DNA from: a bacterium
GTDB taxonomy: Bacteria; Krumholzibacteriota; Krumholzibacteriia; LZORAL124-64-63
Reading direction: 5' to 3'
Assembly (NCBI GenBank): GCA_031441465.1
Contig: JANOEP010000039.1
Coordinates: 1-64,000, forward strand
Length of the DNA stretch: 64,000 bases
Shown here: positions 1 through 9,384 of the stretch, piece by piece
Layout of the letters: the number at the start of each line of letters is the position of its first letter
Position numbering within the stretch: position 1 is the stretch's first letter
Program-made: the position numbers and the translations under genes
The notes under the pieces: generated by a model
What the model was told of the DNA's origin: nothing
What the model saw: the letters and a program-made list of their open reading frames with translations, nothing else
The model's database searches: none

Positions 1-128
1 TGCTGGAGCGGCGGTTGTTCTTGAGCCGAAGCACGTTACCGGCGCGTTGGGCCGAATACTACTGGCGTACGGTCAGCACGCGGGTGTTGCCGCGGCAGCG
101 GCGGCATGAGCTGAGCTACGCGATGTGA
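1..128 (+). CDS. 3' end of a probable transposase-like ORF (partial, begins before window)
   Basis: Open frame from nt 3 reads LERRLFLSRSTLPARWAEYYWRTVSTRVLPRQRRHELSYAM* (TGA 126-128). Composition differs from neighbours and an IS-like end follows. Family call is from memory only. Confidence 0.4.
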   Translation, partial: LERRLFLSRSTLPARWAEYYWRTVSTRVLPRQRRHELSYAM

Positions 129-195
129 GAGGATGAAACGAGAGCCGGCCGCATTTGATCGAGACGCGGACGGACACATTTTGGGAGGCACAACC
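1..195 (+). mobile_element. Right end of a putative IS element (IS1-like terminal sequence)
   Basis: Reverse complement of 172-195 is GGTTGTGCCTCCCAAAATGTGTCC, resembling GGTnnTG-type IS inverted repeats, 67 nt after the ORF stop. The partner IR is outside the window. Confidence 0.35.
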
Positions 196-866
196 TAGTC
201 ATTGATCATCCAGTTGCTGAACAGGGATACACGACTCACTGGCATGTCGTTCTCCCGTAAGTCCCCTGCCGCGATCGTGGAGCCCGACCGGTAGTCGGTC
301 CGCCCCCGCTCCGTGTTCCTCACCACGGTCAGACCGCCGTGGTTGGCGGTCATGGACATGCGGTAGCCCTCGATCGACTCGAGTTCGAGGCTGAACGGCC
401 CTTCCTGCCGGCCGGCGATGATCAGACCGACGGTCCTGATCGCCGCCAGGTCGAGCGGGGGGTGATCCGTATCCGTGCGTCCGCGGTAGGCGGGTTGAAA
501 ACTCGTGAAGGGCAACCGGAGGTCGCACCAGACTCCGGAATCCGGGGCGAACTCGGCTTCGTAGTTGGCGTCGTCGCAGGTGGCGGCCGTCCGCAGCCTC
601 AGGCTATAGCGCTTGCCGTCACCGCGGACGCGCAACGCCAGCCCTGCGTATCCGGACAGGTCGAATTGGCCCGGGCCGCAATGCACCGACGCGAAGCCGC
701 CATGGTGGCCGGGCGACAAGACTCCCCGGAATACGCCGATGCCGTTGATGGCCGTCAGCACGCTGTGCGATACGCGGCTCGTGACCGGCTCGTTGATGCC
801 GTGCCAGGCCAACGCGTCGTTGTCGAACGCGATGATGGTCTGTCGATCCGCGTGCGGGTTGAGCAT
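195..866 (-). CDS. CIA30 (complex I intermediate-associated protein 30) family protein
   Basis: INEPV...GVFRGVLS...GGFASV, LRVRGDGKRY, LPFTSFQPAYRG, GPFSLELESI match CIA30. ATG at 866 with GAAGGTGG RBS. C-terminal tail is atypical. Confidence 0.8.
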   Translation of the reverse strand: MLNPHADRQTIIAFDNDALAWHGINEPVTSRVSHSVLTAINGIGVFRGVLSPGHHGGFASVHCGPGQFDLSGYAGLALRVRGDGKRYSLRLRTAATCDDANYEAEFAPDSGVWCDLRLPFTSFQPAYRGRTDTDHPPLDLAAIRTVGLIIAGRQEGPFSLELESIEGYRMSMTANHGGLTVVRNTERGRTDYRSGSTIAAGDLRENDMPVSRVSLFSNWMIND

Positions 867-977
867 CTTCCACCTTCTTGATCGATCCGCGGTCGCCCGG
901 GCGGGGAGGGAAGGGCCCCTCCCGTCGGGTTTCCGATCCACGTGTCGGCCGGGACGAGCGCATCATGCGCGCGGGTC

Positions 978-1673
978 TCAGAAACTGAAGCCCAGGGCCA
1001 GCATCGTGGTGAATCCGTTCAACTCGAAGCCGTTCAGGGCATACTCGGTGTCGTTCAGCCTGATCTGCTGATCGCCGAACGACGGGTTGGCCCAGACGTA
1101 GCGCCCTTCCAGCCCCACGAACGCCTTCTCGGAGACGTTGATGTTGATCCCGGCGCCGGCGTGAATCCCGAAGGTGATGTCGCCGTCGAAGGTGTTGAGG
1201 TTGTCGCTCACCGTGAACTTGGTGAAGTACGAGCCGATGCCCAGCTCGACGAACGGATCGACCGACCCGGCCGGGATGAGGGCCTTGGCGGTCAGCAGGA
1301 TCGGGATGACGTCGAAATCGGCCTCTTGACGGGCGACGGCCGCGGTTCTCGGCACGATGTTGCCCTTGCCGTTGAAGTACCCCGCACCCAGCTCGAGGGC
1401 GAACGTGGGCAGGAAGTAGTGACCGATCGCGATCTCGCCGGCGACGCCCGTCTCCGTGTTGCTGTCGAAGGTCGTTTCGATGTCGACGTTGTCGAGATTG
1501 AAGGTCTTGCTCGGCGAGTAGATGCCGCCCTTGAGCACCAGGTAGCTGCCGGGTCCGGCCGCTTCGGCTGTCCGGGGCGCGAGGCAGACGGCGCTGATCG
1601 CGACCATCAGGAACAGTGCTCCCGTCGCCCGCACCGCCGTGTCCCTGCCGCTCGCTGTAATATTCAGTCGCAT
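978..1673 (-). CDS. Outer-membrane beta-barrel protein (OmpW/OmpA-like 8-stranded)
   Basis: Signal peptide, alternating amphipathic strands, C-terminal LGFSF. AAGGAG RBS before ATG 1673. Confidence 0.8.
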   Translation of the reverse strand: MRLNITASGRDTAVRATGALFLMVAISAVCLAPRTAEAAGPGSYLVLKGGIYSPSKTFNLDNVDIETTFDSNTETGVAGEIAIGHYFLPTFALELGAGYFNGKGNIVPRTAAVARQEADFDVIPILLTAKALIPAGSVDPFVELGIGSYFTKFTVSDNLNTFDGDITFGIHAGAGININVSEKAFVGLEGRYVWANPSFGDQQIRLNDTEYALNGFELNGFTTMLALGFSF

Positions 1674-1786
1674 GGGATTCTCCTTCCAAAGGCCTCTCGA
1701 CAAGTCTGACGCGCCTTGTTGCGCGTTGTCTCCTCTCCTGGGCAGGCATGACCCTGCTCATTCCTCCCCGCACCCCTGCTCGGCAA

Positions 1787-1802
1787 TGCAACTCACGGGC
1801 CG
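1787..1802 (-). promoter_or_regulatory. sigma-54 (-24/-12) promoter for the OMP-CIA30 genes
   Basis: Minus strand CGGCCCGTGAGTTGCA = GG-N10-GC with TTGCA, about 115 nt upstream of ATG 1673. Confidence 0.7.
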
Positions 1803-1864
1803 CAGTGCGGTATCTGTAATTAGCCGCCGTGATGGAAGTTGACATCGGCGAACCCGCGCGCGCC

Positions 1865-1898
1865 CCATCAGAATGAGGGAATGCTCATCATTGTGGTG
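1865..1898. promoter_or_regulatory. Putative tandem upstream activator sequence (bEBP site)
   Basis: CCATCAgaatGAGG at 1865-1878 plus a second ATCA-ttg-TGGT 20 bp later. Same arrangement as 9757-9790. Confidence 0.45.
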
Positions 1899-1950
1899 AG
1901 GGGTGTGGAGTCGGCGACGGTGGCCGGGCCAGGATCGACGGTGTCGTGGA

Positions 1951-4593
1951 TCATCCCTGCGGATTCGAGGGCCGCGCCACCCGCACCGGCGCCCGTCGCT
2001 TGTACAGCTTCAGCGCCTCGAACCACAGGACGCACAGCAGGCCGGCTCCGGCGCTCAGCGCCACATCTTTCGGATGCAGCGGTGCGAAATGGAACATCCT
2101 CTGTGCGAACGGGACATACAGGACCGCGGCGAGGAGGGCCAGGGTGCCGCCGACCACCCAGCGGAACGCGGTGTTGGGGACGCGCACCATGGCGAAGAGC
2201 GATCTGTTCCACGAGCGGTTGACGAGGATGATCACGAGGAAGGCCGTCACGAGTGTCGCGAAGGTGAGGGCGCGAGCCGCGTCAGGCGAGTGATCGGTGC
2301 GCGCGATCAGGAAGACCGTCACGCAGGCGGCCAGGACGCTCAACCCCTGCAGGACCGAGAGACCGATCGTGCGCAGGGAAAACAGACGCGTGTCCGGGTC
2401 CCGCGGCGGGCGTCTCATCACGTCGGATTCGGCGTCTTCGGCTTCGAAGATGAGCGTGCAGGACGGGTCGATGATCAGTTCGAGGAAGACGATGTGGATC
2501 GGCAACAGCAGGAGCGGGCAGTCGGCGAAGAAGACCGGCAGCATCGAGAGCCCGGCGATCGGCACGTGCACCGCGAAGATGAAGGCGACGGCCTTCTTGA
2601 TGTTGTCGAAGATCCGCCGACCGAGACGCACCGCGGCGACGATGGAAGAGAAGTCGTCGTCGAGCAGCACCAGCGCCGCCGCTTCGCGCGCGACATCGGT
2701 GCCGCGGCCTCCCATCGCGATGCCGATGTGGGCCGCCTTGAGCGCGGGGGCGTCGTTGACCCCGTCGCCGGTCATGGCGACCACCTCCTGGTTGGCCTTC
2801 AGGGCGTTGACGAGGCGCAGCTTCTGCTCCGGAACGACGCGCGCGAAGACCTGCACGTCCCGGATGCGCCGCGTGAGTTCCTCGTCCGACATCCCGTTGA
2901 GTTCCAGGCCGGTGATCACCGAATCGCAGTGATCGAGGCCCGCCTGGCGTGCGATGCTCTGCGCCGTGGCCGGGTAATCGCCGGTGATCATCACGACGCG
3001 GATGCCGGCGGCCAGACACTCGGCGACGGCGGCGGGCACGGTCGGCCGCAGCGGGTCCTCGAAGCCGAGCAGGCCGATGAAAGTGAAGTCCAGTTCGTGG
3101 TGCTCTTCGGGCAGGCTCGCGAGGCTCGCCGTGCCACACGCGACCCCCAGGACCCTCAGCCCTTGGGACGCCAGTTCCCCGGTTTGCCTGGAGAGGATCA
3201 TGAGTTCGGCGGGAGTCAGGTGGCACAGGTCGGCGATGGCTTCCGGTGCGCCCTTGGTGGCGATGACGACTTCGTCCTTCTTGCCGGTATCCCAGGCGTG
3301 GCTCACCGCGAGCAACTCGGGAGTGAGAGGGTACTCTCGGGCCAGCGACCAGTCGGGGTGCAGGTGTTCGCTGCCTGCGAGCAGGCTGCCGGCGGCGGCG
3401 TGGAGGGCGCGCTCCATGGGATCGAACGGGTCGGGCTTGCTGGCCAGGACCGCGCATTCGAGCAGATCGTGGAGTTCCTCGGGAAGGGGGGATCCTGGTG
3501 TTGCAAGATCGACGGATGCGGCGGGCGTCGCCAATCGGCGCAGGGTCATCCGATTCTGCGTCAGAGTCCCCGTCTTGTCGACGCACAGGACGGTGGCCGA
3601 CCCGAGCGTTTCCACGGCCGGCATGCGGCGCGTGAGGACGTTGCTGCGGGAGATGCGCCAGGCGCCGAGCGCGAGGAAGATCGTCAGCACGACCGGGAAC
3701 TCCTCCGGCAGGATGGCCATGGCCATCGCGACGCCGGCGAGGAACCCCTGCTTCCACGCGTGACCGCCGCCGCCGCGGGTGAAGGCGTAGGCGACCACGA
3801 CGACGACGCAGGCCGCGAGTCCCGCGACGGCGAACGCCTTGACCAGTCGCGCCGTCTCCTTCTGCAGCGGCGTCGGCTCGGGTTCGATCTGCAGGAGCGC
3901 CTTGCCGATCTTGCCGAGTTCCGAGCGCGGCCCCGTGGCGACAACCTCGGCGATGCCCTGACCGGCCGTGACGAGGGAGCCCGAGAAGACCGAAGGCAGG
4001 TCGTCGCCCCCGGGAGCGTCGAGGACCGACGCGGCGGCGGACGGGGTCTTCCGCACCGGTACCGATTCTCCCGTCAGCAGCGATTCGTCCGCCGTCAGGT
4101 TGATCCCGCGGCGCAGCAGGGCGTCGGCCGGGACGCGATCGCCCTCGGCGAGAACGACGATGTCGCCGCGGACCACCTTGCGGCCCGGGATGCGCCGGTG
4201 GATGCCGCCACGGACCACCAGCGCGCGGGGGCTCGACAGGTCGCGCAGCGAATCGAGGGCCTGCTCGGTTCGGCGCTCCTGGATGATGGTGATCGCCATG
4301 ACGACGAAAACGAAGCCGAGCAGCATCAGCGCGTCGGCGCGTTCGCCCATGAAGAGATACAAGGCCCCGGCGGCGACCAGCATGAGGAACATCGGCTCCC
4401 GGGCGACCTCGACGCCGACGGCGAACAGGCCGCGGTTCTTCTGGGCGGGCAGTTCGTTGGGCCCGTCCTGAAGCAGCCTCGACCGGGCGTCGTCCTCGTC
4501 CAGGCCCTGGAGACCGGCGATGTCGGGGGAGGATGCGCCGGCACCCGCCGTTGAGGCTGCACGGGCGGCCGGCTTCACTGCGGATGAATTCAC
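1951..4593 (-). CDS. Cation-transporting P-type ATPase (P2/Ca2+-type)
   Basis: LTGES, PEEFP, DKTGTLT, KGAPE, MITGD and TGDGVNDAPALK motifs. GTG start at 4593 with GGAG RBS; the track ORF is over-extended. Confidence 0.93.
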   Translation of the reverse strand: MNSSAVKPAARAASTAGAGASSPDIAGLQGLDEDDARSRLLQDGPNELPAQKNRGLFAVGVEVAREPMFLMLVAAGALYLFMGERADALMLLGFVFVVMAITIIQERRTEQALDSLRDLSSPRALVVRGGIHRRIPGRKVVRGDIVVLAEGDRVPADALLRRGINLTADESLLTGESVPVRKTPSAAASVLDAPGGDDLPSVFSGSLVTAGQGIAEVVATGPRSELGKIGKALLQIEPEPTPLQKETARLVKAFAVAGLAACVVVVVAYAFTRGGGGHAWKQGFLAGVAMAMAILPEEFPVVLTIFLALGAWRISRSNVLTRRMPAVETLGSATVLCVDKTGTLTQNRMTLRRLATPAASVDLATPGSPLPEELHDLLECAVLASKPDPFDPMERALHAAAGSLLAGSEHLHPDWSLAREYPLTPELLAVSHAWDTGKKDEVVIATKGAPEAIADLCHLTPAELMILSRQTGELASQGLRVLGVACGTASLASLPEEHHELDFTFIGLLGFEDPLRPTVPAAVAECLAAGIRVVMITGDYPATAQSIARQAGLDHCDSVITGLELNGMSDEELTRRIRDVQVFARVVPEQKLRLVNALKANQEVVAMTGDGVNDAPALKAAHIGIAMGGRGTDVAREAAALVLLDDDFSSIVAAVRLGRRIFDNIKKAVAFIFAVHVPIAGLSMLPVFFADCPLLLLPIHIVFLELIIDPSCTLIFEAEDAESDVMRRPPRDPDTRLFSLRTIGLSVLQGLSVLAACVTVFLIARTDHSPDAARALTFATLVTAFLVIILVNRSWNRSLFAMVRVPNTAFRWVVGGTLALLAAVLYVPFAQRMFHFAPLHPKDVALSAGAGLLCVLWFEALKLYKRRAPVRVARPSNPQG

Positions 4594-4691
4594 GGGGTCT
4601 CCGGTGCGTGTCCTGATCGTACGCTCGCCGACCATGATGCGGCGTCGCGAGTTCCGCAACGGTCCATGATCGCCGAACCGCAACCTGCTGT

Positions 4692-5084
4692 CTACTCCGT
4701 CGTCTTGCCGTCGAATTGCTCGGTGTCGGCTTCCGCGTCGTCGCGGGTGTGGTGGACGACGCCGTCCCGGTGATTCGGCGGTGCGTAAAGCGTGGTGAGC
4801 TTCAGCGGCATGGTGCCGGAATTGACGATGTTGTGGTTCATCCCCGCGGGCACGAGCACGGCGAAGCCCGAGCGAATCTCCGTGTGGACGCCGCTGAGGA
4901 CGGCATAGCCGGCCCTTTCCTCCACCCGGAAGAACTGATCGAGCTTGTGCATCTCCATGCCGATCTCTTCCCCGGGCTTCAACGCCATGACGACGAGCTG
5001 GCAGTTGGTGGCGGTGTAGAGCACCTGGCGGAAATCCTCGTTGTCGACGGCGAGATCCTCGATGTTCTGCACGAATCCCTTCAT
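4692..5084 (-). CDS. Cupin domain protein
   Basis: QLVVMALKPGEEIGMEMH...DQFFRVE...VPAGMNHNIVN...LYAPPNH cupin motifs. AGGAGG RBS. Confidence 0.88.
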   Translation of the reverse strand: MKGFVQNIEDLAVDNEDFRQVLYTATNCQLVVMALKPGEEIGMEMHKLDQFFRVEERAGYAVLSGVHTEIRSGFAVLVPAGMNHNIVNSGTMPLKLTTLYAPPNHRDGVVHHTRDDAEADTEQFDGKTTE

Positions 5085-5105
5085 CGCGACACCTCCTGTC
5101 CGTAA

Positions 5106-5930
5106 TCAGGTACCGAGGAACGCCAGCAGATCGGCGTTGAACCGGTCCTTGTGCGTGGCGGTGAGGCCGTGGGGCGCGCCGGCGTAGATCTTCAGGACCG
5201 AGCCTGCAACCAGCTTCGACGAGCGCAGCGACGAGGCTTCGAACGGGACGATCTGATCGTCGTCGCCGTGGACGATCAGCGTCGGCCGGTCGAACTTCCC
5301 GAGGTCGGCCGTGAAATCGGTCTCGGAAAACGCCCTGATGCATTCGTAGGTGTTCTTGAGGCCGGCCTGCATGCCCTGGAGCCAGAACGAATCGATCGTG
5401 CCCTGCGAGACCCGGGAGCCGGGCCGGTTGGCACCGTAGAACGGGCCGCCGGCGATGTCCCGGTAAAGCTGCGAGCGGTCGGCGAGGGTGGCGAGGCGTG
5501 TCCCGTCATATCTCTCGATCGGCACGCCGTCGGGGTTGGACGGCGATTTCAACATCAGCGGCGGGACCGCGGCGATCAGCGCGACCTTGGCGATGCGTTG
5601 CGTGCCGTGCCGCCCGATGTAGCGTGCCACCTCGCCGCCGCCGGCGGAGAAGCCGACCAGGGCGACGTTCTTCAGGCCGAGCGATTCGACGAGTTCCGAC
5701 AGATCGTCGGCATAGGTGTCCATGTCGTTGCCGCCGGAGGGTTGGTCCGACCGTCCGTGACCGCGCCGGTCGTGGGCGAGGCAGCGGTAGCCGTTGGCGA
5801 CCAGGAACATCATCTGGGACTCCCAGCTGTCCGCGTTCAGGGGCCAGCCGTGGCTGAAGACGACGGGCGGTCCCGTTCCCCAGTCCTTGTAGTGGATCCT
5901 CGTGCCGTCCTTCGTCTTGAGTCTGGCCAT
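5106..5930 (-). CDS. cpo: Non-heme chloroperoxidase / alpha-beta hydrolase
   Basis: [31 protein letters not shown] nucleophile elbow, [14 protein letters not shown]. Confidence 0.9.
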   Translation of the reverse strand: MARLKTKDGTRIHYKDWGTGPPVVFSHGWPLNADSWESQMMFLVANGYRCLAHDRRGHGRSDQPSGGNDMDTYADDLSELVESLGLKNVALVGFSAGGGEVARYIGRHGTQRIAKVALIAAVPPLMLKSPSNPDGVPIERYDGTRLATLADRSQLYRDIAGGPFYGANRPGSRVSQGTIDSFWLQGMQAGLKNTYECIRAFSETDFTADLGKFDRPTLIVHGDDDQIVPFEASSLRSSKLVAGSVLKIYAGAPHGLTATHKDRFNADLLAFLGT

Positions 5931-6022
5931 CGTCCGCCTTCTTTCCGGAAAACGATGGCCGTCGAATGCGTTCGCACGGCCATCGTCGGTGTGGGTCGGT
6001 TGCCGCCGTCGCGAACGGTCTG

Positions 6023-6322
6023 CTACGGCTTGTCCATTTCGCGGCGGTAGGCCTCCTTGGCCTCGGAGACCGCGCCGCGTGCGGCGTGGACTCGATGTTG
6101 GACCGCGTCGCTCACGGCCTGGCCCTTCTCGCGGGCGTCCTCCTCCAGCGAAGCCGCCGCGTGGTTCACCGCGTCCCTGCCCCGGCGGAGGCCGCGGCTG
6201 CCGCCGTCGCGCAGGCGACGTCGCGTGACCTCGCCCTTGTCCGGCGCCAACAGCAGCGCGGTGATGCCGCCCACGGCGGCGCCCAGCACGAACGCCATCA
6301 ACGTATTGGTATTGCGTGACAT
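6023..6322 (-). CDS. YtxH domain general-stress protein
   Basis: [28 protein letters not shown] is the YtxH signature. ATG follows the upstream stop directly. Confidence 0.85.
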   Translation of the reverse strand: MSRNTNTLMAFVLGAAVGGITALLLAPDKGEVTRRRLRDGGSRGLRRGRDAVNHAAASLEEDAREKGQAVSDAVQHRVHAARGAVSEAKEAYRREMDKP

Positions 6323-6323
6323 T

Positions 6324-6761
6324 TCAGCCTCGACTTTCTTCATCGTATTCGATTCCGGAATCCGGCGCGCCGACAGTCGGACGCCGGTGGCCGCGCCAGG
6401 CGAGCAGACCCGTCTTGACCGCCACGGCGGTCGCCCGCGCGTGGCGGACCAGTTGGCCGAGATCGGACACCTCGGTGACGAAGGGCTGGACGGCGACCCT
6501 CAGCCCCGTGGTCACGCTTTCGGCGTGACCGGCGATGCGGTTCAGCTTTGCGCTGACCCCGCGCAACTGGACGAGTTCCGCTTCGGCGTCGTCCAGGATG
6601 CGGTCGATCTTCGGGCGGCTCGCTTCCAGGAACCGCGCGGTGTCGTCCAGCCGCACGAGGATCGGCCGGAGCCGGATCAGGGTCCAGATCTGGAGCACCG
6701 CGGACACCGCCACGGCGACGGCGATGGCGCTCCCGGCGATGTACATGAATGTGGGATTCAT
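6324..6761 (-). CDS. DUF948/YtxG(YoxC)-like membrane-anchored coiled-coil protein
   Basis: N-terminal TM helix followed by a coiled coil, immediately upstream of the YtxH gene as in ytxG-ytxH. Confidence 0.6.
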   Translation of the reverse strand: MNPTFMYIAGSAIAVAVAVSAVLQIWTLIRLRPILVRLDDTARFLEASRPKIDRILDDAEAELVQLRGVSAKLNRIAGHAESVTTGLRVAVQPFVTEVSDLGQLVRHARATAVAVKTGLLAWRGHRRPTVGAPDSGIEYDEESRG

Positions 6762-6833
6762 CCGTCCCCCCCCCTGCCGCCTACGATGCGGGCGGCCTTC
6801 GCCCTTGGATTTCGAACCGCTCCCGGTTGCGGG

Positions 6834-7052
6834 TCAGTACCGCTGGCGCCGGAGGCCCGCCACCAGGAGGGCGCCGCCGCCGATGACGGCGAGGATGCCG
6901 ACATCCGCCGGGATCGGGAGGTTCCGTCGTTCGATGCCGGAGTAGCTCATCGCGCCCATCTCGATGATCGTCCGGTTCGTGTGATCGTTGATCCCGTTGA
7001 AGGTCAGCACGAGGACTCCCAGGACCACGAGCAGGATGCCGCCGTATTTCAT
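6834..7052 (-). CDS. Small two-TM membrane protein (DUF3185-like)
   Basis: MKYGGILLVVLGVLVLTFNG...IIEMG...LPIP..VGILAVIGGGALLV, 72 aa. Confidence 0.6.
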   Translation of the reverse strand: MKYGGILLVVLGVLVLTFNGINDHTNRTIIEMGAMSYSGIERRNLPIPADVGILAVIGGGALLVAGLRRQRY

Positions 7053-7098
7053 TTCACCGCCCCATTCCATTCGCGTTGTTTCGTCACGTCGATCCCTC

Positions 7099-7731
7099 CT
7101 AGCGCAGGTAGAAGGCGAAGCCGATGCCCGCGTACGTGGACGAGTCGTCGTTGAGGGCGATGCCGACCTCGCCGACCAGATCGGCGACGTCGGACAGGCG
7201 GTACTCGAACCCGGGCACGAGGTGCATCCTCGTGTAGGAGTCGTCAACGCCCGCCGGGACTTCGTCGATCGATTCGAACGAGACGTCGAGGGCGCCGCAC
7301 AGTTCCAGGTTCTCGGAGGCGTGACCGCTCACCATCGGCGAGACGTCGAACCCCATGGTGTCGTGATACCCGTCGTTGCCGTAGACCCAGTGGAGGCCGC
7401 CGGTCAACGAGGCGTCCAAGCCCGCGGCATGGTCCTTGCCCTGCAGGAGCCACAGCTCGCCGTCGAGGCCGACGTAGGAGCTGTTCTCGAAGAGGCCGAC
7501 CTTCACTTCGGCATCGAAGGTTTCGGTGAATCCATATCCCGCGCGACCGGCGACGCCGAACTCGTCGTCCGCCCCGTCCTTGCCGAACATCATGAGCGGC
7601 GCCGCCGCGAGCTTGAAGACGCCGTGGTCCATCGTCTCGGCGGACTGCAGGACGCCGACGGTCTGCGCCGCGGCCGGCAGCCCGATGCAGAGGAACAGGC
7701 CGGCTGCGAGCAGGCAATTCGTGAACTTCAT
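7099..7731 (-). CDS. Outer-membrane beta-barrel protein
   Basis: Signal peptide MKFTNCLLAAG...AAA, amphipathic strands, C-terminal GIGFAFYLR. AAGGAG RBS. Confidence 0.72.
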   Translation of the reverse strand: MKFTNCLLAAGLFLCIGLPAAAQTVGVLQSAETMDHGVFKLAAAPLMMFGKDGADDEFGVAGRAGYGFTETFDAEVKVGLFENSSYVGLDGELWLLQGKDHAAGLDASLTGGLHWVYGNDGYHDTMGFDVSPMVSGHASENLELCGALDVSFESIDEVPAGVDDSYTRMHLVPGFEYRLSDVADLVGEVGIALNDDSSTYAGIGFAFYLR

Positions 7732-7781
7732 CTCGGAATCTCCTTGTTCAGGTTGTGCATCCATGCCGGTCGGCATGACGG

Positions 7782-7931
7782 CTACAGGACTCTTCGGCCT
7801 TGGATGATGCGGATCAGCACGGTGATGACGGCGACGACGAGCAGGATGTGGATGAATCCGTTCAGGGTGTAGGACGTCACGAGGCCCAGGAACCACAGAA
7901 TGACGAGCACGACGGCGATGGTCCACAACAT
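7782..7931 (-). CDS. lmo0937-family (DUF5670) small membrane protein, 49 aa, missing from ORF track
   Basis: Translated by hand: MLWTIAVVLVILWFLGLVTSYTLNGFIHILLVVAVITVLIRIIQGRRVL*. AGGAGG RBS. Confidence 0.9.
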   Translation of the reverse strand: MLWTIAVVLVILWFLGLVTSYTLNGFIHILLVVAVITVLIRIIQGRRVL

Positions 7932-8004
7932 GGCGCACCTCCTAAGGTGTTTCCGCGATGAGGGAGGGCGGGTCGGCGCGACGGCGCCCCTCCCGTCTCC
8001 GCGG

Positions 8005-8505
8005 CTAGTGGTAGAACGTCCAGCCGATCGTGATCTTCACGTCCGGCACGTCGTTCAGGCTCAGTTTGGTTTCGACGAAGAAGCGGTCGCCGTTGGCGAG
8101 ACCCTTCTCGATGCCGCCGAGCAGGTTGACCCCGAGATCGGTATCGGAGTCGTCGTGGCGGCCGTTGTCGAAGCTCTTGATGTTCAGGCCCAGGCCGCCG
8201 CCGAGGTAGGGGCTCCACACGTCCCACTTCTCGCTGAACCGGTAGGCCGCTTCGGCGTTCAGGCAGACGAGCGTCACGTTGTCGCTGAAGCCGACCTCGA
8301 AGTTCGGCTGGAAGCGGACCCGCCTCGCGAAGTGCCCGTAGTCGAAGTGGGCCCCGAAGTGGACCTGGTCGGGATCGACGGACAGCCCGACCCGGGGCCC
8401 CCAGCCACGGAAGCCGACGTCGCTGGCGGGGTCGGCCAGTGCGAGGGCGGGCGCCAGGGCCGCCGCTAGGACCGCCGCCAGCAGGATCATGCGCAGGTTT
8501 CTCAT
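8005..8505 (-). CDS. Outer-membrane beta-barrel protein
   Basis: Signal peptide, SPYLGGGLG strand, C-terminal IGWTFYH. Confidence 0.8.
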   Translation of the reverse strand: MRNLRMILLAAVLAAALAPALALADPASDVGFRGWGPRVGLSVDPDQVHFGAHFDYGHFARRVRFQPNFEVGFSDNVTLVCLNAEAAYRFSEKWDVWSPYLGGGLGLNIKSFDNGRHDDSDTDLGVNLLGGIEKGLANGDRFFVETKLSLNDVPDVKITIGWTFYH

Positions 8506-8575
8506 CTCGTTGACCTCTCTGTCGTGGTAGTCGCCGGAGCCGCAGGACCGCTCCGGTCCGGTGATCGGAGCGGTT

Positions 8576-9274
8576 TCATCGCTGGGCCAGGACCTGGATG
8601 CTCGTGGACGACGTCAAATTGACGTTCAGCCTCTGGCCCGCCTCGAGTTCCACCTCGTCGCCCTTGGTCGCGAGCATCAGGATGGTGCCGGCGCCCGCGC
8701 CGGCGCCCGCGCCGATCGCGGCCCCCTTGCCGCCGCCGCTGATCCCGCCGATGATCGCGCCGAGGACCCCGCCGGCCGCGATCTTCTCGACGTCGCCGTG
8801 CGTGGCGGATTCCGCCTGGAGTGTGAGCGGCTGCGCGGAGATCGCGTAGGTCTTGCCCTGCGCGTCGACGAGCTTCTCGTACACGAGCGTCATCCGGGCG
8901 CGGTTCTTGGTCCGGCCGGAGGCCTGGACGTCGCGCAGCGTCCCGTAGATGCGGGCGCCGGCGGGGACGACCGTCACGCCTCTGACGATGATGGGCTCGG
9001 TCGTCGTGGTGACGAACGAGTCGCCGGTGCGGTTGTTGTCCGTGGAGAGCCGCGTGTCGAGCATGGTGACGACGCTGACGCCGTCGGGGATGACCATCGT
9101 CTCGAAGCGCGGCTTCTGCGCTTCCGCGGCCGCCGCGATCCGGGCGGCCTCCTGCTCCTGCGAGCAGCCCGTCACGAGGGCCAGGGTGGTCAGGAGCGCC
9201 AAACTGGTCAGGAGTGCCGACATGGTCGGGAGAGACAGGGCGGGCACGCCGCTGCCGGCTGGTTGCGTTTTCAT
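8576..9274 (-). CDS. Lipoprotein with TrbI/VirB10-like beta domain and glycine zipper
   Basis: Lipobox LVTGC; IPDG...LST...GDSF...VVPAGARIYG; GGVLGAIIGGISGGGKGAAIGAGAGAGAG glycine zipper. Confidence 0.7.
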   Translation of the reverse strand: MKTQPAGSGVPALSLPTMSALLTSLALLTTLALVTGCSQEQEAARIAAAAEAQKPRFETMVIPDGVSVVTMLDTRLSTDNNRTGDSFVTTTTEPIIVRGVTVVPAGARIYGTLRDVQASGRTKNRARMTLVYEKLVDAQGKTYAISAQPLTLQAESATHGDVEKIAAGGVLGAIIGGISGGGKGAAIGAGAGAGAGTILMLATKGDEVELEAGQRLNVNLTSSTSIQVLAQR

Positions 9275-9384
9275 CTGCACAGACCTCACTTCCGGGATTC
9301 GACTCGGGAGAGACACGCTTGTCGGCTCTCCTCCATATCCGGCGGATTCCGCGATCCGCCCCGCATCATGGGCGCCGCCGTCAC

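Noticed and set aside
4594..5343. Long N-terminal extension of the P-type ATPase in the ORF track
   Set aside because: It overlaps the cupin and cpo genes in another frame. A GTG with RBS at 4593 gives a normal-length pump.
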